Under the pieces are notes generated by a model. It was not told the DNA's origin, made no database searches, and saw only the letters and a list, made by a program, of their open reading frames with translations. Shown here piece after piece: positions 8,122-16,966 of a stretch of 64,000 nucleotides of DNA. Source of the DNA: Candidatus Methanomethylicaceae archaeon (lineage in GTDB: Archaea; Thermoproteota; Methanomethylicia; Methanomethylicales; Methanomethylicaceae); the NCBI GenBank assembly GCA_026414165.1, contig JAOAJN010000002.1, forward strand, positions 8,246 to 72,245, given 5' to 3'. The first letter of the stretch is position 1. The number at the start of each line of letters is the position of its first letter. The position numbers were made by a program, and so were the translations under genes.

Positions 8122-9702
8122 CTAAACAGGCGCCCCGAGCATTAGCCTTGCTATCTTCTGAATATCGCAGTTATCACGTGTGAACTCCCCAACTATCCTC
8201 CCTTCAAAGATCACCAAGATCCTGTCGCTGAGCCTAACGATCTCGTCGAGATCCGCGGAGACAAGCAAGATCCCAACACCCTTCGACTTCAACTCCATCA
8301 TCTTCTGGTGAACACCCTCCGATGCCTTCACATCCAACCCAGCCGTCGGCTGCTCGGCTATTAGGATACTCGCCCCATTTGAGAGCTCCCTGGCGACTAC
8401 GAGCTTTTGGATGTTTCCGCCAGAGAGGCTGTTGACTGTGATCCATGGATCTGAGGCCTTTATGCCAAACCTCGTTATCAACTCGGACGCAGACCTCTCT
8501 ATAGCCCCCTTGTCCATAATCATTCCCTTACTGTAAGGAGGATCCTCAAAGTTCTTCAAGACAAGGTTCTCGGATACACTCATCGTCAGGATCACTCCTC
8601 TCCTCATCCTATCCTCGGGTATGTATGCAACCCCGTTCCGTATGATGGACTTGGGTGGATTGTTCGTCAGGTCACAGTTCTTTATCAAGATCGTCCCTGA
8701 CTCCGCCCTCCTCAGACCTGTAATCGCCTCAACCAGCTCCTTCTGTCCGTTGCCTGCAACGCCCGCCATCCCCAGGATCTCTCCCGAGTGGAGTACGAGG
8801 CTTATACCCTTAACCGCGATTTCTCCGCGGTCCCCCTTTACCTTGAGGTCCTTTACTAGGAGTATGGGATCTCCTCTACCCACGTGCTCAATCTTGAGCG
8901 AGGGACAGAAGCCCTCAACCACTAGGGAGGCAAGTTCCGACTCATTACTATCCTTAGTCATCAGGGTCTTCACGACCCTGCCTCCCCTCATTATTGTCAC
9001 TCTGTCACTTATAGCCAGGGCTTCTCTGACTTTATGAGTTATAATTATTATGGATTTGCCCTTGGACTTCAATTCCCTAATCATTCTGAAGAGGTCCTCG
9101 ACCTCGATAGGTGTGAGGACCGAGGTAGGCTCATCAAGTATAAGTATCTTCACATCCTGACAGAGGAGGCGTAGTATCTCAACCCTCTGCCTCAAGCCTA
9201 CCGGCAACTGCTCAATTCTTGCGTCTGGGTCTATCTTCAGGTTCAAGACTTCGGAAACAGACTTTATCTTCTCCTTTACATGATCTAGGCTCAGCCTGCC
9301 CTTCAGTGGTAGGCTCAGTGCTATGTTCTCCGCAACCGTGAACGATGGTATAAGTGTAAAGTGTTGGTGGACCATCCCTATCCCTAAACTGACGGCTTTG
9401 AGCGGACTATCTATATCCACTTTTTTGCCGTCGATATAGATCTCTCCAGAATCTGGCTTAAGACACCCGGAAATGATTTTGACCAATGTTGTCTTACCAG
9501 CACCATTCTCGCCGAGGATTGCATGGACTTCGCCCCACATGACGGATACGCTCACGTCTCTGTTTGCAACTATACCGTTTGGGTAAGTCTTATTGATCCC
9601 TTTAACATAGAGTGCGTATTCGCTGCTTGGATGCTGGTCTGCCTGAATGGTGGTTGCCTTGCCCTCAACTGACCTCTTTAAAAAAAATAGAGGATTTTGC
9701 AT
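8122..9702 (-). CDS. ABC transporter ATP-binding protein (two fused ATPase domains)
   Basis: 526 aa. GENGAGKTT Walker A, LSGGNIQK-type signature, ILILDEPT Walker B, and a second degenerate cassette (GVAGNGQ). Confidence 0.9.
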   Translation of the reverse strand: MQNPLFFLKRSVEGKATTIQADQHPSSEYALYVKGINKTYPNGIVANRDVSVSVMWGEVHAILGENGAGKTTLVKIISGCLKPDSGEIYIDGKKVDIDSPLKAVSLGIGMVHQHFTLIPSFTVAENIALSLPLKGRLSLDHVKEKIKSVSEVLNLKIDPDARIEQLPVGLRQRVEILRLLCQDVKILILDEPTSVLTPIEVEDLFRMIRELKSKGKSIIIITHKVREALAISDRVTIMRGGRVVKTLMTKDSNESELASLVVEGFCPSLKIEHVGRGDPILLVKDLKVKGDRGEIAVKGISLVLHSGEILGMAGVAGNGQKELVEAITGLRRAESGTILIKNCDLTNNPPKSIIRNGVAYIPEDRMRRGVILTMSVSENLVLKNFEDPPYSKGMIMDKGAIERSASELITRFGIKASDPWITVNSLSGGNIQKLVVARELSNGASILIAEQPTAGLDVKASEGVHQKMMELKSKGVGILLVSADLDEIVRLSDRILVIFEGRIVGEFTRDNCDIQKIARLMLGAPV

Positions 9703-9713
9703 AGGGGGACCCC

Positions 9714-10748
9714 CTATGGTTTTGGATCGGCAAAGTTTGGCGTAGATAGTGGGACCAATTTCCCGTCAACCGTCCACTTGATGGTGCCGTTGATTATAAG
9801 ACTCTCAAGATTGTCAGCAAAAGCCTTCACTGCAGTGAGATTCTTTGCGAACGCATTGTTCCAAACGAATTTGGATCCGCCCGTCTTCATGGTCGTGTAG
9901 TAGACGCCGGCAGGGAAGTTGCCCGACTGTGCACCTTGTATGAAGCTCTTTACCATTGGGTATAGATCCCATGCGACGCTTCCCACCACCACGTCGGGCG
10001 CCAGACTGTTCTGGTCTACGATATTGCCAAACGCGTAAGCAAGCACCTTGCCGCTTGGGTCCTTACACGCCTCAAAGACCCCGTACCGCTCTGCATAGAT
10101 AACGTCGACACCAGCTGCTATTAGTGCACTCGCTGCGGTCTTCGCTTTGGCAGGATCGTACCAAGAGTTTATGTAAGAAATGGTCACATTTATGTTTGGA
10201 TTGACGTACTTCGCTCCCGCTATGAACCCATTCAGCAGGTTGTTCACATCACCTACTCCAGGGAACGCGGTGACTATGCCCAGCTTGTTCGTCTTTGTGA
10301 TCTTTGCAGCAATGGCCCCTGCCTCGAACGCTGCCTCTTGGATGAAGTAGTCATAGAGTGCCAAGTTCTTCCCAAAGTTCTTGCAGAGACCGGATCCCTG
10401 AGCGAAGTACACGTTCGGGAACTGGGGCGCTAGCCTGTCGGAAGTCTCCCAGAACCCCCAGCTGTGCGGCATGATCAACTTGTAACCGCTGTTTATATAC
10501 TCGCGCATCACCCTCTCAACATCCGACTCAGATACCTTCTCAGAGTACGCATAATCTATTCCGAGCTCGTTCTTTGCCTTCAGTAAGGCATTGTGCAAGA
10601 CTTGGTTCCAAGTCTCCTCTATGGGCGTAACATAGATCGCGGCAACCTTGAACTTCTGAGCTGGTGCGATTATTGAGGTGTATGCATATGCCGCTCCGAC
10701 GACTACTATCGCAACAACAACAATTGCAACTACCAAGGATGTCTTCAT
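9714..10748 (-). CDS. BMP-family (basic membrane protein / PnrA-like) ABC substrate-binding protein
   Basis: N-terminal membrane anchor MKTSLVVAIVVVAIVVV followed by a periplasmic-binding fold typical of BMP proteins. ATG 10748 with GGTGG upstream is preferred over the track start 10769. Confidence 0.8.
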   Translation of the reverse strand: MKTSLVVAIVVVAIVVVGAAYAYTSIIAPAQKFKVAAIYVTPIEETWNQVLHNALLKAKNELGIDYAYSEKVSESDVERVMREYINSGYKLIMPHSWGFWETSDRLAPQFPNVYFAQGSGLCKNFGKNLALYDYFIQEAAFEAGAIAAKITKTNKLGIVTAFPGVGDVNNLLNGFIAGAKYVNPNINVTISYINSWYDPAKAKTAASALIAAGVDVIYAERYGVFEACKDPSGKVLAYAFGNIVDQNSLAPDVVVGSVAWDLYPMVKSFIQGAQSGNFPAGVYYTTMKTGGSKFVWNNAFAKNLTAVKAFADNLESLIINGTIKWTVDGKLVPLSTPNFADPKP

Positions 10749-10845
10749 ATAATTCCACCCAGACAGCACTATCTCTTTTTTTTTGACATGGTATATAAAA
10801 ATTTGCCTTTTTAAATACAGAAAATTTTATATAAACATATAAAAA

Positions 10846-11586
10846 TTAGAGGCGGAAGAAGTTCTTAGCGTTCCACGTCGTGATCTTTACGACTTCCTCT
10901 TCTGTCACACCCTTTATCTCGGCAACCTTCTTCAAGGCATAAATCAGGTTGGCTGGCTCGTTTCTGACCCCTCTAATGGGGGAGAGCACCGGCGAGTCCG
11001 TCTCTAACATCAACGATTCCAGGGGCAGATTCTTGACCAGCTTCTGCTTCTGCTGGGAGTAGACCACCGATGTAGGTATAGAGAAGTAAAAGCCCCTCTC
11101 CGCCGCCATCCTCGCATCGCCAGATTTACCATCAAATGCATGCATGAGGACCCTATCGGCTCCCTCAGAGTAGAGAACCTCCAGCGCGGCACGACCAGCG
11201 CTCCTTGAGTGGACCACCAATGGCAGCTCTCTCCTCATGGCGAGCCTTATACTCCTCCTGAAGAACTGCTCCTGAAGATCCCGTATACCATGGTCCCTTG
11301 CATAGAAGTGGTCCAGCCCGACCTCGCCTACTCCGACAATGTGCTCGCTTTCCACTAGCCTCTCAAAATCTCGATACTTCTCCTCTGACAGCGTCATGGG
11401 ATCGAAACCTACATTGAGCGAAATGAAGCCTGGCATAATCGCCAAGACCTCTCTTGCTCTCCCGATTTCCGACGGATCCGTTATTGAGATTATTATATGT
11501 TCGAGACCTGCCTCCTTTGCCCTTTTTAGGACCTCAGGAAGATCACTATAAGAATTGTCAGTCAAGTGTGCATGCACATCTATCAT
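10846..11586 (-). CDS. tatD: TatD-family metal-dependent hydrolase
   Basis: 246 aa. MIDVHAHL start, GEVGLDH and H..D metal-ligand motifs. Confidence 0.85.
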   Translation of the reverse strand: MIDVHAHLTDNSYSDLPEVLKRAKEAGLEHIIISITDPSEIGRAREVLAIMPGFISLNVGFDPMTLSEEKYRDFERLVESEHIVGVGEVGLDHFYARDHGIRDLQEQFFRRSIRLAMRRELPLVVHSRSAGRAALEVLYSEGADRVLMHAFDGKSGDARMAAERGFYFSIPTSVVYSQQKQKLVKNLPLESLMLETDSPVLSPIRGVRNEPANLIYALKKVAEIKGVTEEEVVKITTWNAKNFFRL

Positions 11587-11692
11587 TGATTAGACCACCA
11601 AAGATTAATTATTGTTCGCCCACAAATTCTTTTACGTCCAAAATTAGAAAGGGATATATAACCGAGTTATAATATAGGGTATTGGGAGACTT

Positions 11693-11917
11693 ATGCAAAT
11701 AGAGTTAGACTTGAGGGGACTTTACTGTCCAATGCCAGTTCTAAGGACAAGGGAAGAGGTGGCGAAGGCGAACATTGGAGATCTTATAATAGTCATTGCA
11801 GATGATCCTGCCGCCGAGGAGGATCTGAAAAGATGGGCAAAGCGGGCAGGTCATGAAGTTGTTAATGTTAAGAGAGAGGGCGATGCTGTATCAGTCTCCA
11901 TAAAGAAGTTAGTTTAG
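11693..11917 (+). CDS. tusA: TusA/SirA-like sulfurtransferase
   Basis: 74 aa with the diagnostic LDLRGLYCPMPVL (CPxP) motif. Confidence 0.8.
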   Translation: MQIELDLRGLYCPMPVLRTREEVAKANIGDLIIVIADDPAAEEDLKRWAKRAGHEVVNVKREGDAVSVSIKKLV

Positions 11918-11953
11918 GTTAAGTTAGGTTAAATTAAGTTAGATTATAGGTTG
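11908..11953. repeat. about 10-nt periodic tandem repeat (GTTAnnTTAG-like, about 4 units)
   Basis: GTTAGTTTAG GTTAAGTTAG GTTAAATTAA GTTAGATTATAG; it spans the tusA stop to the dsrE-like start. Confidence 0.7.
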
Positions 11954-12355
11954 AATGAGAATATGGAAGAAAGAAGAGAAAAGAATGAGAAAAAAGTGAG
12001 TAGAATACTATACATACAGACATCGGGTGTAGATACGCCGGAGAGACTATACGCACCATTCATCCTTGCTATGACTGCAAAGGCCATGGACATAGAGGCA
12101 TCGATATTCTTCATGATAAAGGGCATAACCCCCTTAAGGCAAGGGGTTGCAGAAGGTATAAAGATCGGGAACTTTCCCAGCCTGAAGGAGGTCATGGATC
12201 AGGCAGTCAAGGCTGGCGTAAAGCTATATGCATGTGCGCAGAGTTGCGAGCTACTAAATATGCCCAAGACCGATCTTGTGGAATACGTGACTGTTGCGGG
12301 TGCCGCCACAGTTAACGATTTGGTGTTGGACGCCGACGCAACACTCTGCTTCTAA
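11951..12355 (+). CDS. DsrE/DsrF-like sulfur-relay family protein
   Basis: 134 aa. Size, alpha/beta pattern and a conserved Cys region (LYACAQSC) fit the DsrE/TusD-like fold. The start is uncertain (TTG 11951 or ATG 11963). Confidence 0.55.
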   Translation: MNENMEERREKNEKKVSRILYIQTSGVDTPERLYAPFILAMTAKAMDIEASIFFMIKGITPLRQGVAEGIKIGNFPSLKEVMDQAVKAGVKLYACAQSCELLNMPKTDLVEYVTVAGAATVNDLVLDADATLCF

Positions 12356-12365
12356 GGCGGTTAAA

Positions 12366-13544
12366 ATGTCGCAGAATATAGTCTATATGGACTATGCCTC
12401 AGCCTCCAAGACTGATCCTAGAGTAATTGAGGCGATGCTTCCCTACATGAGGGAGTACTTTGGCAACCCATCGTCACCCCACACTTCAGGCTTAAAGATG
12501 AAGAGCGCACTTGAGGATGCAAGGGCTAGTGTAGCCCGTCTAATAAACGCCGAGAAGCCCTCAGAGATAATTTTCACTTCCGGTGCAACCGAGTCCAACA
12601 ACATGGCCCTCAGGGGCGTGGCTTTCAGGAACAAGGACAGAGGAAACCACATAGTCGCCACAAAGATAGAGCACATCTCTATCCTCAACACTCTAAAGTA
12701 TCTGACGAAATTCGGTTTTGAGGTGACCTATGTTCCAGTTGACGGCTACGGCCTTGTGGACCTCGAGGCACTTAAGAATACAATAAACGACAAGACCATT
12801 CTGGTGACCGTAGGTTATGCGAATAACGAGGTCGGGACGATCCAGCAAATCAGAGAGATCTCTGAGATCGTTCACTCCAAAAATGCATACCTCCACACAG
12901 ACGCAACTGCAGCGGTTGGGAAGATCCCTGTCGATGTGCTCAAAGACGGCATTGATCTAATGACTATCTCCTCTTGGGACATGTATGGTCCCTATGGTAT
13001 AGGGGCACTTTACATAAAGAAAGGAACTAGGATAGAGCCCCTGATCATTGGTGGAGGGCAAGAGGGCGGTCTAAGATCTGGCACGGAGAACGTCCCAGGC
13101 GCGGTCGGGATGGGCAAGGCCTCAGAGCTTGCAATTGCAGAGATGTCTTTTGATGCCAGAAGGTTATCAAAGATGCGCGACCGTCTAATAGACGGAATAC
13201 TGAAGAACATACCTTATTCATTTCTGAACGGCCACCCCACACGCAGGTTGCCTCACAATGCCAACGTAAGGTTTAGCTTTGTGGAGGGCGAATCATTGGT
13301 ATTATCCCTAGACATGGAGGGCATAGCGGTCTCAAGCGGCTCAGCCTGTTCGTCAAAGACCTTGGAACCTTCACACGTTCTGATCGCCATGGGCATACCG
13401 CATGTTGAGGCACAGGGGTCTTTGTTGATGAGTTTGGGCAGATTCAACAGAGATGAAGACGTAGAGAGAGTGCTAGAGGTCCTTCCCAGAATTATAAAGG
13501 GTCTTAGAGAGATGTCACCATTGACACCCGAGGAGGTGAGATGA
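12366..13544 (+). CDS. iscS: cysteine desulfurase (IscS/NifS class)
   Basis: YMDYASAS N-terminus, PLP-Lys region (SSWDMYGPYGIGALY) and active-site loop SSGSACSS. ATG 12366 is chosen; the track ORF from 12294 overlaps the upstream gene. Confidence 0.9.
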   Translation: MSQNIVYMDYASASKTDPRVIEAMLPYMREYFGNPSSPHTSGLKMKSALEDARASVARLINAEKPSEIIFTSGATESNNMALRGVAFRNKDRGNHIVATKIEHISILNTLKYLTKFGFEVTYVPVDGYGLVDLEALKNTINDKTILVTVGYANNEVGTIQQIREISEIVHSKNAYLHTDATAAVGKIPVDVLKDGIDLMTISSWDMYGPYGIGALYIKKGTRIEPLIIGGGQEGGLRSGTENVPGAVGMGKASELAIAEMSFDARRLSKMRDRLIDGILKNIPYSFLNGHPTRRLPHNANVRFSFVEGESLVLSLDMEGIAVSSGSACSSKTLEPSHVLIAMGIPHVEAQGSLLMSLGRFNRDEDVERVLEVLPRIIKGLREMSPLTPEEVR

Positions 13545-13966
13545 TGTATAGTCAGAAGGTGATGGATCACTTCAGGAATCCGAGGAACGTGGGGGAGATT
13601 AAGGATGCTGACGGTATAGGAAAAGTCGGAAATCCGGTGTGCGGCGATCTCATGTGGATTTACATAAAAGTCAAGGATAACAGATTGGAGGATGTGAAGT
13701 TCAAGACTTTTGGCTGCGGAGCCGCAATAGCAACCAGCAGTATGATAACGGAGCTTGCGAAAGGGAAAACGATAGAGGAGGCGCTAAAAATAACGAGGCA
13801 GGATGTTGCCGATGCCCTTGACGGCTTGCCCCCCATCAAGATGCACTGCTCCAATCTGGCAGCGGACGGTCTTAAGGCAGCGATACTCGACTACATGAAG
13901 AAGAAGGGGATTAAGCCGCCAGAGGGGATAAAGATAGAGTCTGAGACTGAAAAATGCGACATCTAG
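13541..13966 (+). CDS. iscU: Fe-S cluster assembly scaffold IscU/NifU-like
   Basis: 141 aa. VMDHFRNPRN, GNPVCGD, FKTFGCGAAIA and MHCS motifs. 4-nt overlap with iscS. Confidence 0.9.
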   Translation: MMYSQKVMDHFRNPRNVGEIKDADGIGKVGNPVCGDLMWIYIKVKDNRLEDVKFKTFGCGAAIATSSMITELAKGKTIEEALKITRQDVADALDGLPPIKMHCSNLAADGLKAAILDYMKKKGIKPPEGIKIESETEKCDI

Positions 13967-13980
13967 TTCATCTTCATAAT

Positions 13981-14035
13981 CTTTTATTTTTATATTCTGT
14001 TAGTCTTTTATTTTATTTTATTTTTTTATTTTTGG
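13981..14035 (+). terminator. oligo-T rich tract downstream of iscU
   Basis: Successive T4-T7 runs (CTTTTATTTTTAT...TTTTATTTTATTTTATTTTTTTATTTTT), consistent with archaeal oligo-T termination. Confidence 0.45.
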
Positions 14036-14155
14036 TCTTTCTAAAAATTCAGATGTTGTTTTATGCCGATAAAAAAAGTTAATAGACAAACAGGTCATAC
14101 CATTAAATGCCATTTTAGTCCGGAAAGAATGAGACATGAAGGGAGACCAAACCTC

Positions 14156-14557
14156 ATGAGAGAGGAAGCTAGATGGTGGATCGAGGATGCCAAGAGGTGT
14201 TTAGAAAAGGCTGAGAAATACTTGGATTTAGGTTTCTATGAGGACACCGTCTTCAACTGCCAACAAGCATTAGAGAAGCTCTTCAAAGGTTTATGGATCG
14301 CTCTTCTTAAGAGAAGACCTATAAAAACTCATAAGATCACGTCTCTCTATAAGCCTTTGGAAGATGAAATCCACTTAGAGGACGAACTCAAGGACTTTCT
14401 ATCTCTCATATCTCCTTACTACTTTATCACTAGATATCCCGACATCGCTATGGGTCTGCCGGGCGAAATAATAACAAAGAACTTCGCATTGGATTGTCTG
14501 ACCAAGACTAGGAGGATACTGGAGTGCTCTCTGAGGAGTATATCGAAAGAGAAGTAA
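14156..14557 (+). CDS. HEPN domain protein (putative toxin of a HEPN/MNT pair)
   Basis: Helical protein with an Rx4H motif (RRPIKTH). ATG 14156, preceded by GGGAGA, is preferred over 14063. Confidence 0.7.
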   Translation: MREEARWWIEDAKRCLEKAEKYLDLGFYEDTVFNCQQALEKLFKGLWIALLKRRPIKTHKITSLYKPLEDEIHLEDELKDFLSLISPYYFITRYPDIAMGLPGEIITKNFALDCLTKTRRILECSLRSISKEK

Positions 14558-14841
14558 AGCGATACCTAAAGAGCTTACCCATAAAGGTAAACTTTGCTAT
14601 ATTATTTGGGTCCACAGTATGTGGGGATAGATTAAAAGAAAGTGACATCGATTTGATCGTAATCTCAGAAGACTTTAGGAATATGCCCTTCGAGGAGAGG
14701 ATGATGATTCTTCAAAAGTACTGGAAGCATGATGTTATGATCGAGGCTTTCGGTTTTACCAAGGAGGAACTTGAAAAACTCAAGGACAAGAGCGTTGTGG
14801 TACAGGAAGCTCTAGAAAAAGGAAGGATCGTCTTGGTCTGA
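14524..14841 (+). CDS. minimal nucleotidyltransferase (MNT) domain protein
   Basis: 105 aa with the GSx(n)SDIDL motif (FGSTVCGDRLKESDIDLIV). GTG start with AGGAGG 8 nt upstream. Overlaps the HEPN gene by 34 nt. Confidence 0.8.
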   Translation: MLSEEYIEREVKRYLKSLPIKVNFAILFGSTVCGDRLKESDIDLIVISEDFRNMPFEERMMILQKYWKHDVMIEAFGFTKEELEKLKDKSVVVQEALEKGRIVLV

Positions 14842-14917
14842 TGTTCTTGAATTTAGTGCCATTATATAAAACATAAAAATTACAATTAAAAAAGAACAAC
14901 CCTTTCAGTATACGCTT

Positions 14918-15604
14918 TCAATTTGCCAGCTTCAACGCGCCCTCCAAGTTCGTTTTTATGAATTTTGAACCTTTTGCAATCCCGACCTCGACTGGCGAAC
15001 CACTCTCTTCAGCCTTGGATAGTGCTTTTACTGCAAGCAAAATAGCATCCTTCATATTGAGATCCTCGCGATACCCCTCCTTGAGCACGTTCGTAGCATC
15101 CTCGCAGTTCATCCCAATAGCCATTGCCTTACCGCTCATCATTAGCCCCCTCGGATCGATCTGGTAGAGGTGGTTTCCAGTTCGATCACTTCCTACTACA
15201 ATGAGGGCTGCACCCAATGGTCTTACTCCGCTGTACCGCGTGAACTGGTACATGAATTGAGTGATGTGGTTAACTATAGACTTCACATCGATAGGATCTT
15301 CAAAGACTACTCTGTACCGTTGCGCCTCAAGGCGAGCTTCGTCTATCAGCAGGTTGATATCGCCCGTGTATCCCGCACCGGCTATGCCGATGTTCTCGTC
15401 TACGAGATGGATCTTTTCTACGGGATCTATTAGAGGATCCGTGTCTTTAGTATGGGTGACCATTAATGAGAAGCTCTTGCCCCTTATCCCGACGACTGGA
15501 GACCCGTGCCTTACCGCTTCTGCCGCATATTCCACCTGTATAAGTCTACCATCGGGGGAGTAGAGCATGAATGGTCTCTCATATCCAAACTCTTTTGGCA
15601 TCAT
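14918..15604 (-). CDS. psmA: 20S proteasome alpha subunit
   Basis: YSPDGRLIQVEYAAEAV signature. ATG 15604 overlaps the psmB stop (ATGA). Confidence 0.9.
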   Translation of the reverse strand: MMPKEFGYERPFMLYSPDGRLIQVEYAAEAVRHGSPVVGIRGKSFSLMVTHTKDTDPLIDPVEKIHLVDENIGIAGAGYTGDINLLIDEARLEAQRYRVVFEDPIDVKSIVNHITQFMYQFTRYSGVRPLGAALIVVGSDRTGNHLYQIDPRGLMMSGKAMAIGMNCEDATNVLKEGYREDLNMKDAILLAVKALSKAEESGSPVEVGIAKGSKFIKTNLEGALKLAN

Positions 15605-16194
15605 GATCCGTTTCCTCCTATGTCTATCCATTCCATACCATCTTTGGTTATCTTCAGGACCTGAATCCCGTTGCCAGAGCCAGGGTCTCTCTCCATGGCG
15701 GCCTTGACGGCCTTGGCGGCAATAATTGCGCCATCTGATACTTTTATGTCTGCCTTATAGCTCCCTTCCAAAAGACCGTAAGCCATAGGCGAGCCAGAAC
15801 CAGTTGCGGTGAAGTCTTCATCAGTTATAGCACCGCTCACATCAGCCTCAAAGAGTCGCGGGCCCGTCTCATCAATACCTGCTACAAGTATTTCAGTTAT
15901 GTAGGGGGTGTAGCTACGCATCCCCAAGTACATGATGTTAGATAGGAGCTTTGCAGCCTCCTTTACTGTGAGCGGAAACCCCCGCCTGAACTCCATCAGC
16001 TTAGCCTCAGCCTTGACCAAGTTTATCAAATAGCTCGCATCAGACAACTGCCCTGCTATGGCGACCGCCTTGTTATCATCCAAGGCATAAATCTTCCTAA
16101 CACTCTTTGAGCCTATCATGCCTCCCTTACTCGCCCTTCTATCAGATGCCAGGACAACACCATCGACACATTTCAATCCAACAACGGTGGTCAT
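15601..16194 (-). CDS. psmB: 20S proteasome beta subunit, no propeptide
   Basis: Starts MTTVVGLKCVDGVVLASDRR (catalytic Thr directly after Met), with an in-frame TAA two codons upstream of the ATG. Also has a GSGS motif. Confidence 0.9.
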   Translation of the reverse strand: MTTVVGLKCVDGVVLASDRRASKGGMIGSKSVRKIYALDDNKAVAIAGQLSDASYLINLVKAEAKLMEFRRGFPLTVKEAAKLLSNIMYLGMRSYTPYITEILVAGIDETGPRLFEADVSGAITDEDFTATGSGSPMAYGLLEGSYKADIKVSDGAIIAAKAVKAAMERDPGSGNGIQVLKITKDGMEWIDIGGNGS

Positions 16195-16270
16195 CAGTTA
16201 CACCATGTACCACATACCAGAAACAGCTATTATTGACCAGCTTTTACCATAGTGGGTCAATTGTAGGGAT

Positions 16271-16825
16271 CTATGAAGAGGCGAAGTGGCGCCTTTTCTT
16301 ATGGAGCGCGTTAATGATCTTCTCATATAACCTCAGGGCAACCTCGCGGGCCCTATCCTCTTCACCAGGAGGGAACGAAGACACTGAGACCTCGAGCACG
16401 TTTCCCTTTATTGATACCAACAGTTGTACTTCTCCATCCTCCGTGACCCACTTTAGGTCAACACCCTCTCTAGTCATAGAGCTTCCCAGCCAGCGGGCGC
16501 ACCCGAACCACCTACCTCTAAGTATTCCTGCCGCGGAATCCGGGGTCACCCCCCTCGGCAAGTAAAGTTGCCCAATAACTATCTTCTGGCACTGTCCAAT
16601 GTCTGCACCCATCATACGCATCCCCTTCTTGGTGATTAAGTAGCCGTCGCCATTCTTCTCGATAAGCCCCATGGAATACAGTCTATTGAGACTCCTAGCG
16701 AGCTTCTCTTGGTGAACCTTGAGGCTGCGTTTTAATCCCTGAAAACTGAAGCTTGTGTCTGAACTTGAGGCTAAGAATTGGATAACTTTGGAGTCTACCT
16801 CGCCAAGATCGTTTATAAGACTCAT
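16271..16825 (-). CDS. putative winged-helix DNA-binding protein with an uncharacterised C-terminal domain
   Basis: 184 aa. N-terminal wHTH-like segment (FSFQGLKRSLKVHQEKLARSLNRLYSMGLIEK). No recognisable family for the C-terminus. Confidence 0.4.
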   Translation of the reverse strand: MSLINDLGEVDSKVIQFLASSSDTSFSFQGLKRSLKVHQEKLARSLNRLYSMGLIEKNGDGYLITKKGMRMMGADIGQCQKIVIGQLYLPRGVTPDSAAGILRGRWFGCARWLGSSMTREGVDLKWVTEDGEVQLLVSIKGNVLEVSVSSFPPGEEDRAREVALRLYEKIINALHKKRRHFASS

Positions 16826-16966
16826 AGAACCCCCTCCAAATATATTTCTGTGCGATATAATTTACTACGAAATATATAGGTTTTTTGCTGATTAAATAAA
16901 CTTCAATAACAGGATCCATATTATTTAGAAAATACCAGTTAAAGTTCTCATGATCCGCATCTCTTC

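Noticed and set aside
12294-12365. N-terminal extension of the iscS ORF in the track (start 12294).
   Set aside because: It overlaps the 3' end of the dsrE-like gene and adds a non-homologous peptide. ATG 12366 gives the canonical MSQNIVYMDYAS start.
14063-14155. Long N-terminal extension of the HEPN ORF.
   Set aside because: The HEPN domain begins at MREEARWW, and the internal ATG 14156 has a GGGAGA upstream. The extension lies in AT-rich, promoter-like sequence.
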